A stretch of 64,000 nucleotides of DNA from Vicugna vicugna (lineage: Eukaryota). A program made the position numbers and the translations under genes. How positions within the stretch are numbered: position 1 is the first letter of the stretch; each line of letters opens with the position of its first letter. The notes under the pieces are model-generated. The model made no database searches. It was not told where the DNA came from and was given only the letters and a program-made list of their open reading frames with translations. The stretch lies in the NCBI GenBank assembly GCA_013265495.1, contig MU058781.1, positions 2,954,158-3,018,157 on the forward strand, written 5' to 3'. Below, one piece after another: positions 23,520 through 38,039 of the stretch.

Positions 23520-26269
23520 AAATACTTGATTTATCACATTACTATCAGAGAAAAATAACAAAATGTACGATGGTACCACCATTATTTTCAGTATCCTGAT
23601 GTGAGCGATCATATATTAAAATGTCAAAATATATCAATATTAGAACAAATAAGCATAACTTGAAAGTAATAAGATTTTTAATGTAGGGTATCAAGAATAT
23701 TGATAAAAATATTTGAAGTCATAAAAGGCTAAAGTTGACATCAGAAAAACAACCCAGCATAGCATTTAAATTCCTAGCATTGGGAATGAATTGAAATTAC
23801 CTGGGAAAAATATGCCTTCTCCCAAACAATAGTTTACTATTCAAAATATTAAGAAATGGCATTTAGTATGAAATTTTTCAAGGACTTGAATATAAGGCAA
23901 TATCCTTTTTACTGGAGGATAATTTTTGGGATTATCTCAGGTTTGGAGAGATATATATTATGTGTGTGTGTGTGTGTGTATATATATGTCAGCATATATT
24001 TATACAACTTTTAAAATAACCAAATACTTATATATAATAGGATAAAAAGAATCTATCTATATATCTAAGTAGATGATACACTAGGTAAGAGTAGTGATGA
24101 TACTCAGGCAGGCAGGCAGACAGATAACAGATTTTTTTTACAAATAAAATTAATTTCTATAATAGGCTAACATTGTTGAGAAAATGTTGAAAAATGACCA
24201 TGGAGAAAATCTTGGAATAAAGTAAGACTTGACTGAGGGCTAGTTTTAACATTGGTTAATACTAGAAAAATGAATAGAATTTAGGCAGGGTATGAAGTAA
24301 GAAGTAGTTAACTTTTATTGTATTTTATTCCTATGCATATTAAACCATGCACACCAGAAAACAATAAGAGCTAAAATATATAATGGTTATCAACATTTCA
24401 ATTTATACTGCCAACTCACTTGTATCTGTGATTATGAATAGCCACACTTGTATAATTATTTCAAAGCCAGCAGTACTAGGAAGTACCAAAATTTTAAAAT
24501 ATATATTTATTGTTTTAAACATTCCTGTAGCTGTAACAAGCACACTCATACACTGTTTACTCAGTGTGAGGGATGTTATTTTACTTTTGGTCTCTATTCT
24601 TTTCACATGAGCTTTACACTTGGGTGCATAAGAATCATTTTTCAGTGAGAAGTAATTCTACTTTGCACTACGAATTCAAAAAGTTCTCTAGCACTGCATG
24701 CGAGGGTGGTGAGATTCGTGCAACAAGACCACAGATGGATGGATTGGAGTTCATCTTCTCTTCCTCCTTCAACCTACTGCCTGGGAGAGGTGTTAATGAA
24801 CACTGAAATGACCATATGCTCAGTACAGCCAGAAGAAACACAAAAGAGATAAAGAACCAATGTAGTCTGCTCCTGAAAATTCAAGCGTTTGCTAGGCCCT
24901 AAAGACCACCCAACAGAAACTGGGTGACAGATATCATTAAATCACAAATAAAAATGATATGAGTATATGGAAAGCTTACCAACTTCACCAGCAATTAAAA
25001 TTTAGATTAAAACAATGAGATATATTTTTATCCACTAGATTGGAAAAATTTCAAAAGACTGAAAACATTCAGTGTCAGCAACAGTGTGGAGAAATGGGTA
25101 CTCTCATAAAATGCTGTTAGGTAGATAAACTGTTACCACTTGTATAGGATAGTTATGTCTGCATGTAACAGAAAAACCCAACTAACAATGGATTTGAGAA
25201 ATGGTGCTTAATTTTTAAAGCATAAAAACTGGGAGGATGGAAGCTGTTGGCCCTGGTTCAACTGCTGTCTTTCAATCTTCCTGCCCCATCATTCCAGACT
25301 TGTGGCTTTTTATTTCCATGCTTATCATCCCATGATGGAGAGATGGCTGCTGCAGCTCCAGAATGCTATGTGACAACACTAAGCAAGAAGAAAGGTTCAA
25401 GGACCAAAAGACCCTGGTTTCTAGGGCTCTGTCTTTTCATTAAGAAGGGTCATTCAAGTCTTTCCCTTGAGTCTCATTGAGCAGAACTGACACACATGTC
25501 CACTCGTAGACCAAAAACTCTTGAAGAACTATTAAAGACACACAAACCTTATCTTTTCTGATAGAAAATAACTTTTTAATAGGGCACGAATTTGCATCAG
25601 TTATGTATTTTTTGTGAAATTCTGGTAGTATCTATGAAATGCATAAGTAAATGCATAAACCCATCACAATACAACATTTCTTCTAGGAAATTAGGCCATA
25701 TATACTTCCAGAAATACTATGCAAAGATATATCTGTCTTTGTGTGTACTTATGAAAGTATTTTCATGTGTGTTTATGGATGTACATCTGTGCATCTTTGC
25801 ATACTACTTCTGGAAATAAGTATATTCATATGAGCATCATTAATTAAAAACTGGAAATAACTTATTACTTAAATGTCAGTTGATACATGTTAAACACTTA
25901 GGACAGTACCAAGTACAATAATTATAAAATTAATATTCAATGTTCTTTTTAGTTTTGGTGTAAATTTTTGTTCTGTTTATTTTATCTCCATCAATAGAAG
26001 ATCAGCTAAATCAGTTTTAGACATCTGCATATTGGAATACCTTACAGCAATTAAAAAGAATAATCTAGGTTTATATTTGCTGACATTGAAAGATATACAA
26101 TACATATTATGCAGAAAATCATAATAATACAAGATTCCTGCTGGTATGTGTATATTGTCTTATTTTTCATTAAAAAAGACAGGAAAAATGAAGCTTAGGA
26201 ATATAATTGGGAAAGAGTGTTTACATTTCAATATTGCCATATTTTTTAAACAAGTAAGCATTACTTTTT

Positions 26270-27390
26270 TATTCCTCTGAATGCTTTTAGACATCCTCTT
26301 TGTTTTCAGTAGCTTTAATAGGATAGGTGTAAATATGATCCATTTTGTATTTAACCTGATTAAAGTTCTTAGCACTCTTTGAATATGTAGCTTGATGTCA
26401 CTCATCAATTACAGAAATATTTAAGTCATTATCTCTTCAAATAATAGTACTGTCCCATTCTCTTTCTTTTCTCCTCTAGGATACCAATTACACATGTGTT
26501 ATACCTTTCAACCAAGTCTCACATGTCTCTTACTCTTTTCTGTATTTGATATTCCTTTATTTCTTTGTGCTTCAGTCTGGATATTTTCTTCTGTCTTATC
26601 TTCAAGTTTATTAATTCTGTCTTTAGCTATTTTTAATCTGTGTTAAATATCTATTGAGTCTGTAGTTTCAGATATTGTATTTTTCCATTCTAGAATCTTC
26701 ATTTTATTCTTTTTTTATAGTTTCCTTCCAGGATTCTCATTTATTTATTTTAATGCCTTGAACACATATCATGCATTTTGAAGTCCATGATAACTCCATT
26801 ACCTGTATCTGGGTATCTATTTCCTGAATTTTCTCTCAATTTTTGGTCAAGTCTTGTCTTTTCACATAACTGATTATTTCTTCTTGAGAGCCAGATATTT
26901 CATATGTAAAACTGTACCTATGCTTTGTGATTCTAGATAATATTATCTTTCTCCAGAGAAAATTTAATTTTGCTTCTAGCAGGCAGCTATGCTGGGGTAC
27001 TAGCAATCCAAGATTCACTTTTCTGATCAGGAACTGAGATGATCTAAAATTAGTCCTGACTCTATAAAGGATGTTCTATTCCCAGTCCCCCTTACTTTTA
27101 CCTTGGAAAGTTATGCTGGAGTATTTCTGAAACTCCTTCCACACTGGTGGACCTCGAACTTCAATTTTTCTCACTTCATTCCCATCCCAGTTTTTGAGTC
27201 TGTTGATACCTCTGCTCAGCTTCTTAAATTTTCAACATTGCTTTAGAAACAGGCAAATATTTTGAGGACTCAACTATCTAGGCTTACTTTCTTCTCAAGC
27301 ACAAAGTCTCTGCTCTGCAGTTCTTCTAGCTGTTTTCAGGCAGAGGGTTTATGAGAAACAAGCTAATATACCATTGGCAAAGTAAATCAT
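26270..27390 (-). mobile_element. old L1M 5'/ORF1 region (antisense)
   Basis: cattatctcttcaaata...ccaattacacatgtgtta...tatcttcaagtttattaattc motifs. Confidence 0.7.
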
Positions 27391-29348
27391 AAGCAGTATT
27401 TTTTTAATAAACAGAAACAGAAAATTCCATCAGAGTAAGTCACACTTTGAGTTAATATCTGTCATTTATATCAAAATGAGAATGAGAAGTTCTGATGCAA
27501 ATTCTAGACTTACAGATTATACTCTAAGAATTAGACCCCTAGAAAAATGTGAGGGGAACCACTATGTGCATAACATGGTAAAAGTTGGAATCTGGTTGTC
27601 CTCAGGCTACTCCTTGTCTTAAAGTTAGCCCCATTTGAAACTGAGATCTATGAAAAAGTATCAAAGTGATCAATGAATAGCAAAGAGAATGAAATTTCTA
27701 AGAAGGCAACTCAGGGAAAATTCAAGGGGAGAAAATCTTTAATTAAAGCCTCTACCTAATATTACAGTTTATCAGTAAAGGCTAGAAAAACCACCATAGC
27801 TCATATGCTGGGGCTGTAAATTTAATGGAGTATCCCAAGATACCATATAAAGAAAACAGTGTACACCCCCAAAATAGAAGGAGGGAACTCTGAAACAGGA
27901 CAGTCAACACAATCTTAGAACGGAGACTAAAATCTACACCATTCAGTAAAATCTGCAGCAGATCTCTCTGCCTACTTCTCAAACTCCCTTGTCTCCTCCA
28001 GTCCCCACAAACTGCAGGAAGACAAATAAAACTAAATACCTTACCCTTAAACTGTAGGTTAAAGAGGAAGCCACATTAGTATATTGGCATGAGAGGAATT
28101 AGCAATACGGTCAACAAATGTTAATTCATACTCTATCAGAAAAATTTAAGTCTGGACAGTGTGATCCATCTTAACCATGAACAAAAGAAAAGGAACAACA
28201 ATAAAAGAAGTCATAAACCAAAGGATAGATGAAAATTCCTAGTCAGTGCCTCAAGTGATAGAAAAGTTTTTAAAGAATATGAATTTGATAAATTAAGGAC
28301 TCAAAGTTAAAACAATAAAACCACATAATAAGAGAGAAGGAGGAAATTCTTTCCAGCCAAGGAACTAAATTGACAATCAAAAGTTCACCATTACCTAACA
28401 AATAAATAAATTAGAAACCTTAAGGAATGATTAAGTATGGCTGAAAATAATTACTGACAAAGAAGAAAGCCTCTGGGATAATCATAATGAATGCTGAGGA
28501 AGTAGGCAAAGGCAAGGCAAGGCAATTAGAGAGAAAATAATAGATATAAAAGACAAATACAATCTTGCATCAAGAGAGCTCCTCTCCTTGAGGTAGAAAA
28601 TGACAAATAAATTAAGGTGAGGATGGTGATCTGAACATATGCAAATAATCTTCCATCCTAATGCTCCACTGTAGCTATAGGATAATAATAATATTAACAA
28701 TAAACATGATAATAATAATCCTATGTTAGACAGAAAAAAGAGGTGAAAACTGTAACACAACTTGGGAAGCCAAAAAGCAAACAGAAAAATAAGTGTGGGG
28801 TTTCTTTTTGGGGTAATGAAATATACTAAATTTTATTGTGGTAACAACTGCACAACTCTTTAAATAAACTGAAAACCATTTAGTTGTACACTTCAAATGA
28901 GTGACTTGTTAGTAGATTATATCTCATTAAAGTTGTTTATATGTGAAGCGTATTTCATTAAAGCATTTTCTAAATGATTGGCTAGGTTTCTAGTATCATG
29001 GGTGACAGGTGCAAACAAGGCACTTTGTTGCCACGTTTCAGAATACCAATATAAATAGGTTTGTGCCTGCTACTCAGATTTTCAAAACTAAGAATAGGTA
29101 GATAAGGAAACACACAGAAAAAAAGAAAGAGAAAGAGAGAAAATGTTCAACATAAAAATCAGAGTAGTAGTTATCTCTGGTAGAAAGAAATGATAACACA
29201 ACTGGGAAAATTTAAAAGTATGTAACATTCTATTTCTTGGTCTGGGTAGTGAGCACAGGCTACATAGTTCTTTGTTGTATTAAAATTCTTAAATCTATCT
29301 ATTTCTCTATACACCCACCTACCTACCTATCTATCTAGTCTCCCTATA

Positions 29349-29890
29349 TGTATACCCAGTTTCTGGTTCTGCACTAAGGATTAACTTTGACCAAAGGAAG
29401 GTTTGGCCCTTAACTAGATCCTGAGAAGTAACCCCTAAGAATTTAGAATGTCCTGCCTGGTAAGAGTGTGCTTATTATCTGGAGGCTTTGGGCCACGCAC
29501 TATCAGCTTGATCTCTGGAGAGGCTGGAGATGAAGGTCAGCCAAGTGGGCAGTCCATCATGCCTTCGTGTCTGGCCCCCAAGAAACCCTGGACACCAGGG
29601 CTTGATTGAGCTTTCCTGCTTGGCAATACTCGCTGCATGTTGACACACACAGTTGCCGGGAAAGACCTGCCTGCATGACTCTGCTGGGAGGGGACAACTG
29701 GAAGCTCACACCTGGTGTGCAGGATGCTGCCCTATGCATCTCTTCCCTTTGCTGATTTTAGCCAGTATCCTTTTGCTGTAATAAGCCGTAACTGTTAGTA
29801 TAACAGCTTTGATGCATTCTGTGAGTCCTTCCAGGCATTGACGGCTGGATCTTTGAACATGAGGGTGGTCTTGGGGAGCCCAGAACTGCA
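29349..29890 (+). mobile_element. MER21-like solo LTR
   Basis: gaatgtcctgcctggtaagagtgt, ggctggagatgaaggtcagcca, ggacaactggaagctc, gagggtggtcttgggga motifs; TG...CA ends. Confidence 0.85.
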
Positions 29891-30629
29891 CCTGTATATA
29901 GATATCTTTCACAATTAATTTTTTAAAGATAAAGTAGAAGAAAATTTCCCTAAATAGAGGAAGAACTAAATATGCAGGACACAAAGACATTTTATGTTCT
30001 GCAGAAGATTTATTTTAATAGAATACTTACATCAAGACATGTCACAAAGAAGTTACTAAACATTAAGTATAATGAGAGAAAAGAAATCTTTAGTCATCCA
30101 GAGGAAATGCAGTTCACTTACAAAGAGGAAAAATAACTGCTATTAAGTTCCAGGGGATAATACAAAAACATTTATAAAAATCAGAGGAAAAGTAGTTGAA
30201 GAATATAATATGCAGCTTATATTTTTGTCCAAGTACTAAACTAACAGACATTCTTAATCAGAAAATAATCATGGGGTAGTGCATCCATGGGCCTTTGTTG
30301 AAAGCAGTTATGCCAAGGTGAAACCCATGAATCAGAAGATGAATTGAAATAAAGTTCTCAGAAAGGGAGATGACTATTGGAATTATGGGCATAGAGCAGA
30401 ATGTAGATGTTAAAACTCTCAGCTAAACAAAAATAATAAGATAGAAGTCAGGATGTGATTGGGAAGAAGGTAGGAGGGAGGGGGAGAAAACATGATACAT
30501 TTCTCCATTTTTCACAGTAGAAAGCTATGAATTTTTTTTCAAAAATGGACCTAACCCAAAAACATGACTCCTATCTGATATTTTTCATAACCAATTTCCC
30601 ATAAAATAAATTCATATAATTGAGCTAAT

Positions 30630-30820
30630 GTAAAAATAACTGACATGTATGAATCGCTATATTCTAGGTACTGTTCTAAATGTTTTGTTTATATTACCTT
30701 TTTTTATCCTCACAACATCCTATGATTTAGATACTATAAGTCCTATTTTACAGATCAGAAATTTGAGACACAAGAAATATTAAGTAACTTGCTCAAGTCC
30801 CCATAGAAAGTTAAGTGGTG
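30630..30820 (-). mobile_element. MIR SINE
   Basis: atcctcacaacatccctatg...ctattttacagat...taagtaacttgctcaag. Confidence 0.75.
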
Positions 30821-31203
30821 GATCCTTTGACTTCAGTTTGTTTCTCTCCCTAATATGTGATAATTAAATTTGAAATATTTCAATTAAAATTATATGTACA
30901 CTATAATCTCATTTTTGTAAAAATTGATTTTTTATTTGCCTATTTTTAAACTGTATAGATGTGCACAGAAAACTGTTCAGGAATGCTGCTCACTGAATAT
31001 TTGAGAAAGTACACCAGATAGTTAAATTTGGGGTGATATTTTGCTCTCTGCTCTATAATTATATTGTCTGAACTTATATAATTAGTAAGGTACATAAAAT
31101 TAATAAAATATTCTTTAAAAGTGTGTCTTCTAATTTGAAAAAAAAATACCTCTGTTGGACCAATACCAGGAATTTTTAAGCAGCTATTTAAAGTACTAGT
31201 GTT

Positions 31204-31922
31204 GACTAGGATGTGACAGAAAGGGAACTCTTACACATTGTGAGTGGGAATGTAAATTGGTCCAACCTCTATGGAAAACAATATGGAGTTTCCTCAAAAA
31301 ATCAGAAATGGATCTACCATACTCAGCAATTCCACTTCTAGGCATATACCCAAAGGAAATGAAAATATCATTTTGATGAAATATATGCACTCCTATGTTT
31401 ATCACAGTATTATTCACAATAGCCAAGATATGGAAACAACCCAAATGCCCATCAACGGATGAATGGATAAAAAGATGTGGTACACACACACACAATGCAA
31501 TATTATTCAGCTACAGGAGAGAAGACTCCTTCCATTTACAACATGGATAAACCTTGCACACATTATGCTAAGCAAGATAACTCAGAGAAAGACAAGTACT
31601 ATGTGATATCACTTATATGTGGAATCCCAAAAAATTAAACCTGTAATGATCAGAGTGTAACCTATAATAATCAGAGGGGATGGGGAGTGAGGAGGTACTG
31701 GTAAGAGCGATGATGTTTAATGCTACAAACTTTTAGTAAGTAGTAAATAAGCCATGGAGATCTAATGCACACTATAATGAATGTAGACAATAATATTGCA
31801 CTATAATTATATAATACGATAACAATTGCTACATCAGATTATTACAATAGAAAAATGTATCAAAGTAACATGCTGTACACCTTAAACTTACACAATGCTA
31901 TACTTCAAATTTTTAAAAAATT
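31204..31922 (+). mobile_element. L1MA-like 3' end with 13-bp TSD
   Basis: TSD aagtactagtgtt at 31191-31203 and 31923-31935; L1 ORF2 end and 3' UTR motifs. Confidence 0.9.
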
Positions 31923-32649
31923 AAGTACTAGTGTTAAGACTTATTGCTAGGTAAATCTATCTTTGTAAAAATAATCAATATGCAATACGTGAAAAATGCA
32001 TTTAAATATGCAAAAATTAAATTAAATAGGGTGTGGGTGTGTGTTGAGTTAGACCAACAGACATAGAAGAATGTTTTCCAAGATATTAGAAGTGGTTATA
32101 TCTGAATATAAAGATTTTAGATAAGTTTTACTCTGCTGTTTATTGTTTTCACTGCTGGTCAAATTATTAACCATAAGTTTGTTATTAATTTAACTAAAAG
32201 TGGGGGGAAATTAAAAAACTAAAATTTGGGGAATAGTAAAGGGAAAGGATACATTTTTATTTGTCCCTCAGAAAGGTTCCCTGATTTCTCTACTCTTGCA
32301 TTTCAGCAAATGTGTGGGTGTTTGGGTTTTTTCCATTATTTTTTTCCCTCTACTGAAGATTGCTTAAAACCTCATTCTTGATTATCCCATTTTGAGATTT
32401 AAGACAGCAGGAGTTTTTCAGTATTGAGTCATTTTGCCTGCGAGGGGGAAGAAATGATTCAGGGCAGATTGAACAACAAGAAAGGAATTGATTATATTTT
32501 TGACCTGTTACTGTGCAATTAGATGAATTCGACAGCTATGGCAAGATTTCCCTAGTAGGCTATTCTGTTTAGGGAACAACTCATTCTCACTCCTTTTCTA
32601 AACTGACTTAGCTCCTTGCTATTTACAATGTAGTTTGTGGAACTGTAGT

Positions 32650-32766
32650 CAGAGTTCTCACCTAGGAGCTGATTAGAAATGTAGAGCTGTGGATCCCATC
32701 TCAGACATGCTAACTTTTATCAAGATCTCAGGTGATTCTTAGATGCATAAAAGCATGAGAATCACT
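32650..32766. mobile_element. MER5A-like DNA transposon fragment
   Basis: cagagttctc...ttagaaatgtaga...caggtgattct...gagaatcactg. Confidence 0.7.
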
Positions 32767-35700
32767 GTCTTGGAGAATGTCATGCTCCTGCTTTCTCTCT
32801 GCTGGTTGGTCAAATGTGAAACTACATGGAAGTTAGAGAATCACAGAAGGTTAAATGGAAGAGCTCCAGGCTCCACAGAGGAGAAACCAGGGACTGGGAA
32901 GAAGCTGACTTGGAGGAAGAACTAACCCAGGCTCCTTGCCGCAAATCACACCATGAACATCTGCACTCCAGAACCTACAACTCAGAGATGTAAATTAGTT
33001 AGGATATCTAAAGACAGTAACATTAACATGAGGAATTGGAAACAAAAGGCCACCTTACTTGAATGTTCTGTATTGCCTCTCTAAGATGCAGATTTCTAAG
33101 CTCTTAATGCAGTGCCTAGTACATTAAAAAAAACAAAAAAACAAAAACCACTCAACAGGTATTTATAAATATGTGAATTCAGTGGGTTTAACCCAATAGA
33201 GAACAAATCAGATGATCTTAAAGCTGAAAGAAAATTAAGACACCCAACTGTGACAGACCAGCCCAAGGTCAATGCTAGTTAAAGGTAAATCCAGGATTTG
33301 ATTCCTGATCATGCTATTTCTACCTCCCTGACCAAATCTTACTTTTCTCCTTGTCCTTTTATCTGCTCCTCAACCACCCAAGTAATAAAACAGATCCAAT
33401 AGGAAATTGTGATTATTGCAAGAGCTATGAAAATAACTGGAAAAAAAAGTCCCCATGTTTTCCAGCTCATTAAAATTATCAACTGAATGAATGCTTTCTT
33501 AACAGGATTAAATTATGTCAGGTATGCCTGATGCTGAAACACCATATTTAGGAAAAACACAAGGGAAAACATTCTTTTTTTAATTCACAATAAGCAACAA
33601 CAAACTAAAAATGATAGGATACCTGGGAATAAACTTAATAAATTCAGTGTAATTCTAGTTAAAACTCCAATAAAATGTTTTTAGGAGTTGATAAAATAAG
33701 TTTAAATTTAACCTGTAAGGAAAAACAAGGGAAAATAGTAAAATCCTGAAAGAGAAGAGAAATTAAGTGAGACTTGCCCCCAAGACTGCAAGCATTTATG
33801 ATAAAAGCTATTGTGAATAAAATAGTGTCTTACTGGTGAATTTAATTTGTACTTTAAATTACATATTAATCATATTTTTATAACTGAATCTTTCTGGCTA
33901 AGGAAAAGCATGTATCTTCCATTATCAATCTGCTAATACATGTCACTCAGTAGTTTCATAACATTTTTATATATTTATATCTTATTAAATTTATTTCTAG
34001 GTATTTTATGTGAATTGCAGTAGTCGTTTTGTTGCTGTCACTATTTGTGTTGCTGCTACAATGAATGGCTCTTTTCCAATTTTGTATTTCCCATTCTTTA
34101 TAAAAAAGCAATCCAATATTTAGAAATTAAGCCTGCAGACATACTGCAGAAGTTAAAAATATACACATAATGCTTCACTGCAGCATAGCTTGAAATAAAA
34201 TAGGGGTTTGCTAAGTAAATTGTGTTCCACACGTACAATGACATACTATGAAGCCATTTTTTAAAAAAATGACAGGTACATAATGAATTGATATGAATTG
34301 TTAAGATATGTCATATAGGAAAAGGGGGTTAAAAAAAGCATGTAAAATATACCATCTTTGTTAAATATATATATGTACATGCAAACTCATTTTTATTGAA
34401 TAAATAATGTTGGGCATTTTTTGAAATGTCTTATCATTATCCTTATTTCACAAACAAGAAAACTAAAGCCTAAAGATACTAAGTAATTTTCCTAAGACCA
34501 CACAACATAGTTGAGAATCAAACTCAGGTATGATTAATTCCATGCTCTTAAACTTTATGTGATGTGGTGTGTGTGTGTATAAAAAGCGCAATAATCTTCT
34601 GATATATCAGATTATAAGAATTTTTATTTTCTAAATTTACATGCCTATAATGTTTGTATTATTAATAAAAGCTCATATTTTAATTAGGAAAAACAGCAAT
34701 GGAATATGTCTAATACAATGCAGTCTTGTAGCTTTATACAATGCAAGCATCATAGTTAATCTGAGAGAAATAAATAAAAGCAGTTTAAGAAATAAATTTG
34801 ATAATTAAATTTTTAAACACCATAATCCCATGATCCTGTTCTAACCAGTATTAATATTATGATGCCTATGCACCTATCTTTTTCTATGCTCACTTGTAAG
34901 CAAACTACACATAGGTTTATAACTCTGAATGTGCTGGTAATATAACACCCTATTGTGTGATATGCCATAAATTACCTACTCCTTTCCCCTAAGATTGGAT
35001 ATTTAGGTTGTTTTCAGTTTTCTCCAACCTAAAGAACACTATGATATGGATCTTCAAGCAAACAGTAATATTATTAAGTTTTAATTTTAGTTAAGGTGAC
35101 TTTCATGTTGAATATGTCAAGATTGAAATCACTGCTGTAGCATTCATATATAGAGATACACACCATCAGTAGAATAATCATTTGAGAAATGAAAAATTCA
35201 TCAAAGCTAGTTATTTAGATAGTTAAACAAAATGCTTATATTGCTCACTTTCTGACTGACTTTTATCTGAAATGCTTTATGTTCTTGATATGTAGAGTAA
35301 TTTAGCAGAGTGAAAACTGCTTTGAATCAGTAAGATCAGCTGTCAATTCTTTATGCTGGCTTTGAGGAAAGAATTAAAAAATAACCTATAAGTTGGATAT
35401 AGGGGAAAGGCCTTAATGTTTTTTTATTCTCAAATCCTCATCTAATTAACAATAAAAATAAATAAAATTGATTTGAATTAGTACAGTGCACTAAAAATAA
35501 GCATATTATTATTAAAGGCTAATGCCAAAAACATTCAGTGATTTCACAAGCTTTGTCAGTGTGAGAATTTGAACGTCTTTAATGAGAAAAATGGAACTAT
35601 AGCACACTGAGCCAATTCTGTGATTCTACCCAATTTTCCACAAGATAAAGCTCATCATGTCTATTTAGGAAAGTATGTGATCTCCAAGGCTGCACCTGCA

Positions 35701-38039
35701 ACGTGCCATTAATAGTTCATCTTGTCTGATTACACAGATAAGGAGAACAGTGTACATTTCTATGGAAGTTTTAACTGCTTCTACTTTTTCTCACCTTCAC
35801 AACAATCCTGAGGTGAGCTTACAGTTGGTATTTATACCTCCATTTTACAAATAAAGAACTGACCCCAAAAGGGATGAACTCTCTCACCCAAAGTGATGTT
35901 AAATGCCACCCAGACATGTCCTGTTTAAGGATGGAAGATTCTTCATAGAATGTGGGCTGTGATTTGTTTGTCTAGAAAGCAAAATACTTACTAGACATAT
36001 TACTTTTAAAAATTAAAAGAACTATGCAAACTCCCCAATACTTCAAAATGATAAAGCATTCAGGAAGTCTTTAAGTGACATTTAAATGTGAATTTTAAAT
36101 CAAAGATGGATGAAAATCTAAGGTCTGCCTTTGCAGGGTGGGGGGGATTTACAGGAAAAACCATAGGGGAGCTGTCGGGGTGGTGATATTCTAGATGGTT
36201 AGAAGGGTGACTAGACAGATAGGTGATAAAGTGATTATAGTAAAATGGCAGAATCTGGGTGCACATTCAGTGTTTGTTGTAAAATTCTTTCAACTTTTCT
36301 GTCTGTTTGAAAATCTTCATGTTATAAAAATGTAATAAAATGCTATGTCAAAAAAGGCAAATTCTTTTCAATGTATGTTGGAAACCCACAACTAGGTGTA
36401 CAAATCACCTATATCTGCTTGAGAAACAATTTGAAAGAATGTACGCAAAAACTGTATTATAGATAGGCATTTGGAACCTTACTGTATTTCCTGGGAAAAC
36501 GTTGATTTGTCCAAATTTTACTCTAATTTTACTAAAATGAAAGCTGAGATTTGTTCTTTTCTGGAAATTTGAGAAGTATATTTGGGATATTTGATTTGGG
36601 ATAATTGATTATTAATGAATTTCATTACTATCCTTGTCAGCAACTGAATAGACATTTCTAAATTATTTTATTTTGAAATACTTATAGAAATCTAATTTCT
36701 CTTTCATCCTCTTTTTAGATGATCTCATTATTCTTAGGACAATCTGGAAAGAAGGCAAAGTTAAAATATTTCCCTTTTTAGTAATTTTGTATGTCTAGAT
36801 AACCTTCCCATCCACCTTGTTTGCATCGCTCTTTTTCTGGTGCAATGGGAAAAAAAAAACAATTTCCTGCTTCAAGGCGACAAGCTCCAGTGACAGACAG
36901 CTGACAGGGTTGGCTGAATTAGCTTGCACTGGCTTCCTCCACTCCACTTGTACTTTGATTTCACAGTTCAAGGAGAGAAGGCAAAAACAAACAGAAGAAT
37001 CCCTGACTAGTCCAAGTGTAACTCTCAAAGGAAACTGTTTGGAACAATCTTCTTATAATAATTCATAACAATCTTTTTTAAAATGATCTCAATAATGTAG
37101 TATTTTTGCTTTCCTAAAATAATGGATTGAAGAAAGATGTGTTTTCTCACTTTAGTTCTATCAGATGCATACATGTACAAGTTTAATAAAGGCAGGCAGC
37201 CACTGCACTTTATTCTTTCTTGAAACTCTGGGCTGTCAGAAAACCAACCTTTGTTATGTTCCCCTACTACATATGGTGTAGGTGAGTTCTGCTTGCTTAT
37301 TGCTGAAGATACTAAAGCTCATTAGCAATTCTTTGTTAGTATTTATCTATCACTCAAGGCTTTTTCTGATTTTTAAATGCTTCACCAGGCTATCTGCCTT
37401 TATAGCACTTAAAAGGTGGGACCTCATCACCCCTGTTTTCAAGGCCATTTATATATTAATTCTCTTCAGAATAGTTCTACTGAATTTTAACAACTTCCAG
37501 AAACCTGAGCTTATCTGTGGAAGTTCTTTACTAAATTATCAAGTAACTTTTGTGAAAGATGCGTTTATTGTGACCTAGTTGGTGTTTCCTAAGAGGGATG
37601 TCCAACTTATTGGCATAAAAATGAAAGAAGGAAAAGTAGCAGAAAGTATTGGCTCCTTCTCATGAATCCAAACAGGTAGATGCCATGGAAGTAAGGGCGG
37701 TTGATGGATCCTAGAATCTAACACAGAAACAGAAGGAAATCCCTAGGAGAGCAGGAACTGGGTCTTTATTGCCACATATGTGGCAGGAATGGCAGTGAAG
37801 AGCTGGGAGCAGAGGATGGGGAACCTGGTAGGGAACATGTTTTATATGTGTCCTTTTCTCGCCTCCACCACTTTATCTGCTATCTTAAAATTGGAAAACT
37901 ATAATTACAGCCTAATGCCAGAGAGAAGAGTGGGTAATATCAGAGAAATTTTGGAACATGGTTTGGGAAAGAAGGTGATTAAAAAATGGTGAGATAAACT
38001 GTCCAGCCCTCTGTGTATTTCCTTCTTCCTCCCATCACA

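Larger units (their letters stand above)
8347..24780 (-). pseudogene. large, heavily decayed multi-exon pseudogene of an unrecognised protein (about 14 exons, roughly 1000 codons)
   Basis: Chain of unique-sequence islands bounded by AG/GT on the minus strand: 24585-24780?, 20812-21561 (split by MLT1), 20161-20233, 19490-19580, 18998-19066, 16500-16872, 14857-15141, 14618-14751, 13510-14490 (split by MER53), 11290-11491, 10705-10866, 10519-10586, 8931-8997, 8347-8530. Most junctions are phase-compatible. There is a 118-codon stop-free run at 14125-14478. Many stops and a few frameshifts. Confidence 0.65.

Noticed and set aside
16500..24780. Faint motif resemblance of the minus-strand fossil to DNAAF9/C20orf194
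   Set aside because: Only a few short matches from memory, in inconsistent frames, and the best-preserved exons do not match; no gene symbol assigned.
36700..37290. Plus-strand acceptor (36718) and donor (37282) like signals
   Set aside because: No phase-consistent coding chain could be built; may be chance or lncRNA.
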